From the IMG/VR virus record IMGVR_UViG_2795385955_000003: a DNA stretch of 64,000 nucleotides. One strand, 5' to 3'. Every line of letters starts with the position of its first letter. Position 1 is the first letter of the stretch. The notes under the pieces were generated by a model. The model had not been told where the DNA came from, made no database searches, and was given only the letters and a program-made list of their open reading frames with translations. Of this stretch, positions 56,218-64,000 are shown one piece after another. Both the position numbers and the translations under genes were made by a program. This DNA comes from a virus (Duplodnaviria; Heunggongvirae; Uroviricota; Caudoviricetes).

Positions 56218-57227
56218 GGTACATCCGGCAGTCCGAGATCCCCGCCTACGACCAATGGGACAAGCTGCCGAAGGCCCTCCAGGGGCTCGACACCCGGATC
56301 GTCCACATCTCGCCGGACGGCGACTTCACCGACATGTACGGCGGAGTCAACGCCGGACGTCAGGGCGTGCAGCTGTCCGAAGACATTGAGGGCGAGCACC
56401 ACTGGCCTTTCGAGCTACTGCTAACCGAAGGCGCCTACGAGCTTGGGGCAACAGTCGAACGCGCCAACATCCTCAAACGAGAAATCAACTTCACCGTCTC
56501 CATCGGCGGTAAAGGAGTGCCGTTCAACAACTTCCAGTACCGAATGGCTGAGGACCGCTGGTTCCGCGGCCAGGACGAGAACCGTGACGGTTGGCTCGGC
56601 ATCTACACCCGCTTCTCCGGCTGGCGTTGGATCAGGGTCCGGCCCGCCCAGACTGTAGGCGGCAGCCAAAAGCGCGACCCCGTCGCCTTCGGAAACAACT
56701 TCGCCAAGTGGCCGATGAAGTGGCTGGCGCAGAAGCCCTACTACAGCAAGCCATCCATCTGGGCGACGTGGCAGAACAACCCCGCCACCGCAGCACAATT
56801 CGGTGGCGACGGCGAAGGCATCATCGTGATGCCCAACCGCGGCGACCTGGAGTCCTACACCCAATTCATAGTCCCGCCCGGCCGGTGCTGGGTTGAGGAC
56901 GGCGACAGCGGACGCATGGTCGAGCTACCCCTCATAGCCCCTTCCGACGGATACGTCCTCGTCGACACCGACCCCAAGGAGCGGACACTCACCGCATCCA
57001 ACGACCCGGTCGACAACATCTTCTACCAGATCGCCAGGCGCTCAAAGATACTGGATTTCCTACTGCACGACCTGGCAGCCACCGGTGAGCCGGTGTGGAA
57101 GCGATTCGACAAGCGGTTCCAAGCATCAGTCCCATCCAGGCACGTCGCGCAGATCCGGGTTAAGCACAGCAACCCCAACGCCAAGATCACCGCGATACTG
57201 CCGCAACGCTATAAGAGGTCTCGGTAG
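56214..57227 (+). CDS. minor tail protein (distal tail)
   Basis: Position after tape measure. Confidence 0.55.
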   Translation: MRYIRQSEIPAYDQWDKLPKALQGLDTRIVHISPDGDFTDMYGGVNAGRQGVQLSEDIEGEHHWPFELLLTEGAYELGATVERANILKREINFTVSIGGKGVPFNNFQYRMAEDRWFRGQDENRDGWLGIYTRFSGWRWIRVRPAQTVGGSQKRDPVAFGNNFAKWPMKWLAQKPYYSKPSIWATWQNNPATAAQFGGDGEGIIVMPNRGDLESYTQFIVPPGRCWVEDGDSGRMVELPLIAPSDGYVLVDTDPKERTLTASNDPVDNIFYQIARRSKILDFLLHDLAATGEPVWKRFDKRFQASVPSRHVAQIRVKHSNPNAKITAILPQRYKRSR

Positions 57228-59063
57228 GTGACTAGCGCACTCCTAGATGGCGTACCGCACGGATTGACCACAGCGCCACTGGAGTTCACGCGCTGGCTCA
57301 ACGACGCCCTCGTAGACACGATGAACCGGCCGACCAAGCCGGACCCGGCCACAGACCCCATGTCGGCCTACAAGTACCTGCGCGGCCGACGCGACGCCAT
57401 TGAAGGTGCGGCACGCCAACGGCCCATGCTGCGCCTCTTCGACAAGAACATGGACCCCATCGCCCAAATCGCGGGCGAGCGGCTGGCGTCCGTCGAAGAG
57501 ATGAACTCGGACTCCGGCCAGGCGAATGTCGTACTGCGGTACGACAACTGGCTCACCGACTTCATCCTCCAACAGACGAAGATCCACGAGGACCTGCACC
57601 TCGTCGTCGACCCCATCCCGACACAGCCAACCTGGCGGACCCGGTGGGGAGGGAAGGTCACCGGCATCAACGCCAAGCGCGACTCGTCCGGCGTCCACAC
57701 GCTGGAGCTGGAGGCGATCAGCAACCGGCAGCACGCAAAGAACCTGCTCTTCGCCGCTAACCCCGTGTTTCCACCCGAGGTCCAGCTGCCGAAAATGTGG
57801 GTGCTACCAGGCAATACACGCACCATCTTGTCCGCGTCCATGTTCATCAACCTGGCGCGCCTGTTCTTCCCGCTCCTGTCCATCCCAACCAACGTCTTCA
57901 ACCCGTTCGGCTGGCTCAACGGAGGCATCAGCGGCCTCGACCCGCTGTCCTGGCCGCTGCAAGTCGCGTTCGTCAACCCCATCCTCGACCAGTCCCGCCT
58001 CTCCGTCATCGGCGCCGCATGGACCGACTGGCACTCGGCGATGAACGACATGTTGAAGGACGCTGGCTGCGACTTCCGCGCCTACACCTGGCTCAAGGAA
58101 GACAAGGACTCCCCGCACACCGAACTAGTAGACCTGGTGCGCGGCACCGTCGCTGAGGACGCCGTCAACGACGCCACTCGGCCGCACCGCAACTGCATCG
58201 TCTTCGCCATCGAGGACAAGTCGGGCGTGACCGGCCCAACCGGAACGGCCGCCGACGGCGTCATCAACCTCATCGGCGCCACGTTGGACGACATGATCAC
58301 CGAAACCCTCATCAACCTCGATGAGGACGGCGACGGCGAGACCGACCCGGTGTTCCGAAAGCTGCTCGGCGTCGCACCCGAGAAGCCGAAAACCATATGG
58401 TACGACGGCCAATTCAGCGGAATCATCGAGTCAGAGCGCCGACAACACAAGGGTCCAGTCAAGACGGTGATGACGGGCTCCCGTAGCCCGCAGATAGTCA
58501 ACCAGGCTCAGACATTTGCTATCAGATACGCGCTGTCGCAGCTGGCGCAGGTAATCAACTATGCAATAGGCGCATACCAGCAGCCGGGCACCGAAGGTCT
58601 GGACAACCTCTACCAAGGCCAGCTGGACAACACTTTGCTGGCGTGGATGCGCTTCACCGATCCGCGGCGCGCGCTCTGGACCGGCGACATGGCCTGGCAA
58701 GAGCATTTCGAGAAGGGCGGCGGCACCGCCTACACCCTGTCCGGCGTCGTCACCATGCGCGTCGGCCACTACAAAACCCGTGCCTGGCAGGGCTTTACGG
58801 TCAAGGTAGTCAACGGCCGACCACATGCCATAGACATAGACATCGGCCTGGGCGACCGGGCCGGGTTCGAGCAGGGCGGCATCATCTTCGTCGACCAGAT
58901 CACCGCCATAAAACGAACCTGGTCCCGAAGTGAGCCAGTCACAGTGCAACTGGCCATCGGCGACGACAGCGACAAAGAAGACCCCGCAGCGCGGGGTCTT
59001 CGTGCATTGCAGGCCGTTTGGACGACCCTGTCCCAATTCCTTGGCGAAGGAACCATCTTCTGA
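57228..59063 (+). CDS. minor tail protein (hub-like)
   Basis: Position and size. Confidence 0.55.
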   Translation: MTSALLDGVPHGLTTAPLEFTRWLNDALVDTMNRPTKPDPATDPMSAYKYLRGRRDAIEGAARQRPMLRLFDKNMDPIAQIAGERLASVEEMNSDSGQANVVLRYDNWLTDFILQQTKIHEDLHLVVDPIPTQPTWRTRWGGKVTGINAKRDSSGVHTLELEAISNRQHAKNLLFAANPVFPPEVQLPKMWVLPGNTRTILSASMFINLARLFFPLLSIPTNVFNPFGWLNGGISGLDPLSWPLQVAFVNPILDQSRLSVIGAAWTDWHSAMNDMLKDAGCDFRAYTWLKEDKDSPHTELVDLVRGTVAEDAVNDATRPHRNCIVFAIEDKSGVTGPTGTAADGVINLIGATLDDMITETLINLDEDGDGETDPVFRKLLGVAPEKPKTIWYDGQFSGIIESERRQHKGPVKTVMTGSRSPQIVNQAQTFAIRYALSQLAQVINYAIGAYQQPGTEGLDNLYQGQLDNTLLAWMRFTDPRRALWTGDMAWQEHFEKGGGTAYTLSGVVTMRVGHYKTRAWQGFTVKVVNGRPHAIDIDIGLGDRAGFEQGGIIFVDQITAIKRTWSRSEPVTVQLAIGDDSDKEDPAARGLRALQAVWTTLSQFLGEGTIF

Positions 59064-59674
59064 TGGCCGCCGACCGGCCAGGCAAGGCCCACCGCGTACC
59101 GGCAGACCAGACGCCCCCACCGGCGGCCGACACAGCGACGCTATCCCCACGCGACCTTGCCGTCTGTGCGGCAGCCGACGACGCCGAAAATGGCGACCTC
59201 ACACCAGATATGCAGGTCGGCCTCGACGCCGGACTGGACATCGAGCAGGCAGCGAAGGTCGCAGAAATGCGCGAGATACAGCGCGCATACCTGGAGCTGC
59301 TGGAGGTCATGGAGTACCCGGTCGACCAGAACGGGCGCGTCCACGACCTCAACCACATGTCCGCCACCATCCTCGCAATCGCCTGGACCGCAGTGCTGTA
59401 CGGCTTCCGCCGCACCGCCACCGCGCACATCAAGAAGCGCCGCATGCACGGCCCAGGCATCTACGAGAACGCGTGCACATGGGTGGACGTCAACGCTCCA
59501 GACGACGCCGAACGAGACCTACAGCCAGGCGATTACAGCGACGACCGACTCCGCCCACCCGACGTCCGCGGCCTAGCCGCGCGCCGCGACGGCGAGGGGC
59601 CGGTCTTGACCGCCGAGTGGCACACGAAGCCAGAGGTCCGCTACACCGACGCACCCCGTCCCAAGGAGGACTAG
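59063..59674 (+). CDS. hypothetical tail-region protein
   Basis: ORF. Confidence 0.4.
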   Translation: MAADRPGKAHRVPADQTPPPAADTATLSPRDLAVCAAADDAENGDLTPDMQVGLDAGLDIEQAAKVAEMREIQRAYLELLEVMEYPVDQNGRVHDLNHMSATILAIAWTAVLYGFRRTATAHIKKRRMHGPGIYENACTWVDVNAPDDAERDLQPGDYSDDRLRPPDVRGLAARRDGEGPVLTAEWHTKPEVRYTDAPRPKED

Positions 59675-61078
59675 ATGACCGCACCGGTACCACCCATCGG
59701 CCTGATGGTGTACCTCAAGTCCCTGCTGACGAACACCCACATCTACGCCGTGGTGTCCGACGGCGCGACACCGGACCAGTACGCGGTCACCATGGAAATC
59801 CAAGGCGACCAGGCAACTTTGGTGGTTCCCGCTCTCATGGGTCCGCAGGGTCCGGCCGGTACCAACGCCTTCGCCCTGCGCCTCCAGAAGTCGATGATCG
59901 ATGACCCCGAGGACCTGCCGACCAACCTCCAGGACATCGAGGAGGACATCGGCAAGTACTGGATCATGAACCACTACGCCACCGTCAACGAGGTCCAGAC
60001 GGTGACACTCAACGGCAACCCCACCTCCTTCACCATCGCGTACGACGGCCAGCCGACCGCATCCATCGCCGGGAACGCCACCGCCCAGGCATTCGAGGAC
60101 GCGCTGGTTGCCCTGCCCAACGTCTCGACCGGCGACGTCGAGGTCGTCGGCAACCCCGGCGGCCCCTACACGGTGACATTCGCCGGTTCCAAGGCCGGTA
60201 TTGGGCAGCCGCAGATGACCGGCACGCCCACCGGCGGCACCAGCCCCTCAGTGGTCGTGACAACCGAGCAGGAGGGCGTCACTAACCTCATCGGGTCCCG
60301 CGCCTACATCTGGTTCGGCACCGAATACCGCATCCTGATGATGGGATCGGAAGGCCCCCCGGGACCGGTGCCCCAGATCAGCTGGAGCGTTGAGCTTCTC
60401 CCGCCGGAGGGCGCCCAGGACTCCTACGTCCACCAGACCGGCTCCCCGTACGCGCCGTCGTGCCGCCTGTACTTGAAGGTCCCGCGCGGCCCGCAAGGCG
60501 TTGCCGCCAGCCTTGGGCAGGCCCCGGACGTGGACATGTCCACCCCGCCACAACATCTCCAGGTTCTGGGCTTCGACGAGAACATCGGGGCGTCCGGTAA
60601 GTGGCGGCCAATGTCCATCGGGTCGATCCTGCCCAGGCCGTTCACGGTGCCCGAGGCAGCGTTCACCAACTTCCAGGGCTTCTCGACCCGGGCACCCATC
60701 GGGTCCTTTGCCATTCCTGCGCAACCGTTCCCGTGGAAGCCGATTGTGTTCGGGAAGATCAAAGCGACCGGCGTGGAGCTGGATCAGGACCCGCTCATCA
60801 TCGGCTGCGAGGTCCGGCTGGGGCACCCCACCTCCGGCCAGCTCATTGCCCGTGGCTTCGGCAACACCTCCCAGTGGGCGCACATGTCGCCGCATGCGTC
60901 GACACCGTCCGACCCCACCATGGCCATCACGCCAGACAACACCTACGCCCTGGTGCCTGCCAACCACACCGGCAACCAGGGCACCATCTACGTGAACCTG
61001 TACAACGACGGCCTCGCCGGTGCCTACCTGTTCGACAAGGCCAACGCCCAGCTGTACGTCGAGGTCATGCCGGTCTAA
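59675..61078 (+). CDS. minor tail protein
   Basis: Position. Beta-rich sequence. Confidence 0.5.
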   Translation: MTAPVPPIGLMVYLKSLLTNTHIYAVVSDGATPDQYAVTMEIQGDQATLVVPALMGPQGPAGTNAFALRLQKSMIDDPEDLPTNLQDIEEDIGKYWIMNHYATVNEVQTVTLNGNPTSFTIAYDGQPTASIAGNATAQAFEDALVALPNVSTGDVEVVGNPGGPYTVTFAGSKAGIGQPQMTGTPTGGTSPSVVVTTEQEGVTNLIGSRAYIWFGTEYRILMMGSEGPPGPVPQISWSVELLPPEGAQDSYVHQTGSPYAPSCRLYLKVPRGPQGVAASLGQAPDVDMSTPPQHLQVLGFDENIGASGKWRPMSIGSILPRPFTVPEAAFTNFQGFSTRAPIGSFAIPAQPFPWKPIVFGKIKATGVELDQDPLIIGCEVRLGHPTSGQLIARGFGNTSQWAHMSPHASTPSDPTMAITPDNTYALVPANHTGNQGTIYVNLYNDGLAGAYLFDKANAQLYVEVMPV

Positions 61079-63594
61079 TGCCTCGGTCAGTCGATCTGGT
61101 CCCACAGAACTTCAAGACGGAATACGACCCGACCAACCAACTCGCCCAGGACCCGGCCCTCAAGAAGACCATCAACAACCTCGGCGACGTCCTCAAGCAG
61201 CTGCCGGTGATGATCCAGAAGGAACTCCAACGGCTCATCGACTCCCTGCTGGGCATCGCCACCAACCCCATCCCCGAAATCATCGAGTGGTTGGACGAGC
61301 TGAAAAAGGGCATCGCCAACGTCCTGTCGTGGATCAAGCCCGGACTGCTGCCGCTTATCCCCCTGTCACAGATCGGCGAGTGGTTCCCGAACCTGCTCCT
61401 CAACGGCGGCTTCGACACCGACGCCGCGGTCGTCGACAACCCGGACTGGTTGTGGGACGGCACCATCGGCCGCACCAGCCCTTTGGGTTCGGTCAAGGCC
61501 GTCATGGCAGGGACCGCAAAATACCTGCACTCCAACGCCATACCGGTGGCCAAAAAGCAGCACTTGGAACTGGAGGTATTCACCCGCTGGCAGGGCCTTA
61601 CCGCCGGTGCTGGTACCAACCCCATCCGACTGGTCGTCACCTCGTACCTGGCGGGCAACCCCGTCTCGTCGACAGTCGTTGCCCAGCATCAACCGTCGGC
61701 GGCCGACAGCAGCGGATGGGTGGAACTGCACGGCACCTACACCGTGCCCGACACCGGCGTCGACGAAGTCCGCACCACGCTCCTAGTGACCGGCGACGCC
61801 ACCACAGGCACCGTATGGTTCGACGACGCCGACACCTGGAAGACCGGAAAGCTCCCGCAGGACTACGTCCAGGATCTGGTTACCCAGCTGGAACAGTTCG
61901 GCACCGACATCGGCAACGCCTTGGAGGAGCTGGCGCACAAGGTCGGACTGGACCGCTTCAAGGAGTTCTTCGACACCGTCGCCGGTCAGGTCAACGCCGA
62001 AATCGGCGACATCCAAAACCGTCTCGCGGCAATCACCGCTGACGGCAAGATCGACGCAGCAGAGATCCTGGGCTTGCTCGGCCTAGGCAACATCCCGCTA
62101 CTCCCGCAGACCAAGGTCGCCGATCTCCCCGATCTCAACGCCCAGCTGAACCAGATACGGGACATCTTCGCCGGGCTCGTTGTCACACCCATCAACTCGA
62201 CCATCCAGGCCGTCAAGGACTGGTTCGGGCTGAGCAACAACAAGACTCAGAAGCTCACCGCTGGCGGGACACTGAACGCGGGCGACGTCGTCGGCAATTT
62301 CGACATGGGCCGGGTCAACGATCTGGTCAGCAACCTCGGCAACATGCTAACCGGCGTCAAAACCGGCGCCGACGGAACAGCCACGGGCACAACGGGAACC
62401 ATCGGCGAGCAGATCAACCAGGCCAAGGAATCACTACTCTCGCTGCTCGGCCTGTCCCGCGATGCCCTCAAGAGCGCCATCGCGGCACAGACAACGCTCC
62501 AAGAGCAGGAAACCGAACAGAACACCGGCGGCGGCAACAGCTACAGCTTCACCTTCTCCGGTGCCGACGGCGCCGCGCTGAACTCGACAGACTGGACCAC
62601 CGGACCCAACCCTGGCGACATCACCATCCGCGGGGACTCGGGGTACGCGGGCGTCAAGAACGGCAACCCAGACGGGTACTTCTTCGCCAGCCCGAACTAC
62701 ACCTACGCCACCGACGGCCAATCAGCCTCATTTGTGTTGGGCGACACCCAAAACGGCAACTACTACTCCGGTGTCTACATCCGATGCGACTCGGGCCGCA
62801 CGCAGGGCGCCTACTGCCTGGCCCGCGAGGGCGAGATCCGTATCGGCAAGTTCACTCGCTCGGGTTCTAGCTGGTCGTTCAGCTCGCCCCTGACGTTGCA
62901 GACCGGACTCTCGGCAGTCAAGCAGGGCGCGCGTATCGAGATCCGCTGCTCGGGCACCAACTACTTCGTGCGCGTCAACGGCCGCCAAATCCTGTCGGCC
63001 ACCGACGCGGGCAACACCATCAACATCGGTGCGGCGTACCGGTATTCGATGTTCAGCGTGCAGCGGGCAAGCCCGTTCTTCACCTACGACTCCTACCGCA
63101 TCGCCGCCTTCGCGATGTCCGACTACACCTCTGCGGGAGCGGGATTCTCGATGTCAAACTCGTGGAGCATCAGACGCGACAGCACCGCCGACGTCACCTA
63201 CGGCCCCTACTCGTACGGTGCGTTCCCGTCCGGGTTCTTCACATTCAACGACTACACCACCGACGTCACCCTCGACGACCTCGGCACGGCCCGCATCGAG
63301 ATCGCCACCACCGGCCTGTACCGTATCAACACCACCTACCGATCGGTCACCGCCAAGGGCACATCTGTGCCCTATTGGGCGCTGTACAAGAACGGCACCC
63401 GCATCACCGGCGCCATCCCGTCGGGATGCCCGTTTGAGATTCCTTTGGTAGCTGGGGATGTCGTGCAGCCAGGATTCATCGCGGTCGACTACGACATACG
63501 GTCCAACGGCTCAACCGGCTCGGAAACCGTTGTCTCACGAAGCATCACAGCGCTATCCGGCATAGCCACATTCGACGGCCGCCGCATCGCATAA
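61078..63594 (+). CDS. minor tail protein (838 aa, putative tail fiber/host recognition)
   Basis: Size and position. Confidence 0.5.
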   Translation: MPRSVDLVPQNFKTEYDPTNQLAQDPALKKTINNLGDVLKQLPVMIQKELQRLIDSLLGIATNPIPEIIEWLDELKKGIANVLSWIKPGLLPLIPLSQIGEWFPNLLLNGGFDTDAAVVDNPDWLWDGTIGRTSPLGSVKAVMAGTAKYLHSNAIPVAKKQHLELEVFTRWQGLTAGAGTNPIRLVVTSYLAGNPVSSTVVAQHQPSAADSSGWVELHGTYTVPDTGVDEVRTTLLVTGDATTGTVWFDDADTWKTGKLPQDYVQDLVTQLEQFGTDIGNALEELAHKVGLDRFKEFFDTVAGQVNAEIGDIQNRLAAITADGKIDAAEILGLLGLGNIPLLPQTKVADLPDLNAQLNQIRDIFAGLVVTPINSTIQAVKDWFGLSNNKTQKLTAGGTLNAGDVVGNFDMGRVNDLVSNLGNMLTGVKTGADGTATGTTGTIGEQINQAKESLLSLLGLSRDALKSAIAAQTTLQEQETEQNTGGGNSYSFTFSGADGAALNSTDWTTGPNPGDITIRGDSGYAGVKNGNPDGYFFASPNYTYATDGQSASFVLGDTQNGNYYSGVYIRCDSGRTQGAYCLAREGEIRIGKFTRSGSSWSFSSPLTLQTGLSAVKQGARIEIRCSGTNYFVRVNGRQILSATDAGNTINIGAAYRYSMFSVQRASPFFTYDSYRIAAFAMSDYTSAGAGFSMSNSWSIRRDSTADVTYGPYSYGAFPSGFFTFNDYTTDVTLDDLGTARIEIATTGLYRINTTYRSVTAKGTSVPYWALYKNGTRITGAIPSGCPFEIPLVAGDVVQPGFIAVDYDIRSNGSTGSETVVSRSITALSGIATFDGRRIA

Positions 63595-63616
63595 CCACCA
63601 GAGAGAGGCATCAGCG

Positions 63617-63778
63617 ATGACTACATTCACCATGCCTGAACTGCCCGGCATCACCTTCACCGCCGAGCGCGGCGGCCTGGACCCCGACGGAAAACTCAAC
63701 CCGTCCTGGATACAGATCACCGGCACCAACGACGCAGACGGTCAGATGGTCTCCTGCATAGGATTCGCCGGTCCGTAG
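63617..63778 (+). CDS. small hypothetical protein
   Basis: RBS gagagagg. Confidence 0.3.
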   Translation: MTTFTMPELPGITFTAERGGLDPDGKLNPSWIQITGTNDADGQMVSCIGFAGP

Positions 63779-64000
63779 ATGAGCTGGACCACCAACCCGC
63801 AACCGGAATCATCAGAGCCGCAACTGGGTTGGTGGAAAGAACCACCCCAAACACAGCAGCAAGATCCGGTCACTGGCTGGTTCTGGATACCCGATAGAAC
63901 AGCCGCCCTCACCGCCGAGGGCACCATGGCCGTCGACGTTGCGCAGGTGTACACCGTCGGTGCCGACATGGCGGGAGCGGGCACCCTCAACGCCCAGGTC
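63779..64000 (+). CDS. hypothetical protein (5' partial; runs off window)
   Basis: ATG overlapping upstream stop. Confidence 0.3.
   Translation, partial: MSWTTNPQPESSEPQLGWWKEPPQTQQQDPVTGWFWIPDRTAALTAEGTMAVDVAQVYTVGADMAGAGTLNAQV

Larger units (their letters stand above)
1318..64000. mobile_element. Integrated siphovirus-like prophage (partial; right end beyond window), inserted at tRNA-Arg 3' end
   Basis: Contiguous phage modules from repressor next to tRNA through RecET-like, terminase, portal, capsid, tape measure and minor tail genes. ORF overlap with the tRNA 3' end. Confidence 0.8.

Noticed and set aside
1-64000. Integrase, excisionase pair or transposase
   Set aside because: No tyrosine- or serine-recombinase-like ORF is present. 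The integrase is presumed outside the window at the other prophage end.

Overview
High-GC actinobacterial (Mycobacterium-like) chromosome. The left edge carries a hisC-family aminotransferase on the minus strand (1-1044), followed by tRNA-Ser(GCU) and tRNA-Arg(ACG). From the 3' end of tRNA-Arg to the end of the window (~1.3-64 kb) the sequence is one siphovirus-type prophage, oriented attL > immunity/early genes > replication > accessory cargo > cos/terminase > head > tail. No integrase is seen in the window; it is presumably at the far (attR) end.

The early region encodes an XRE-like repressor whose 3' end overlaps the tRNA-Arg 3' end, a ParB-like nuclease, a DnaQ-like exonuclease, an HNH nuclease, a PD-(D/E)XK exonuclease plus a putative annealing protein (RecE/RecT-like pair), an SPFH/band-7 membrane protein, a DUF550-MazG pyrophosphohydrolase, a second DEDDh exonuclease, a Gp37/Gp68-family protein, a metallophosphoesterase, a PAPS-reductase-like protein, DUF4326, and a putative replisome organizer with internal iteron-like repeats and a G4 tract.

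The most notable feature is at 26.6-29.2 kb: a tandem array of six Y-RNA-like noncoding RNA modules immediately upstream of a Ro60/Rsr (TROVE + vWA) gene. Four modules carry a tRNA-like T-arm, closed acceptor hairpin and D-arm. The array is flanked by a small secreted Gly/Ser-rich protein gene, a minus-strand 3-gene BrnT/BrnA-like operon, and a 16-bp perfect palindrome GTATAGTGCACTATAC present twice as a promoter/operator.

Further right, at 32.5-35.9 kb, is a low-GC cargo cassette: a membrane-anchored P/Q/G-rich protein with an AT-rich C-terminal domain (polymorphic-toxin-like), an immunity-like gene and a Cys-rich lipoprotein, closed by a strong intrinsic terminator.

The late region encodes a P-loop-HNH fusion, a ParB-DNA-methyltransferase fusion, terminase, portal, protease, HK97-like capsid, head-tail connectors, major tail protein, G/GT frameshift chaperones, a 1569-aa tape measure protein with an NlpC/P60-like motif, and minor tail proteins.
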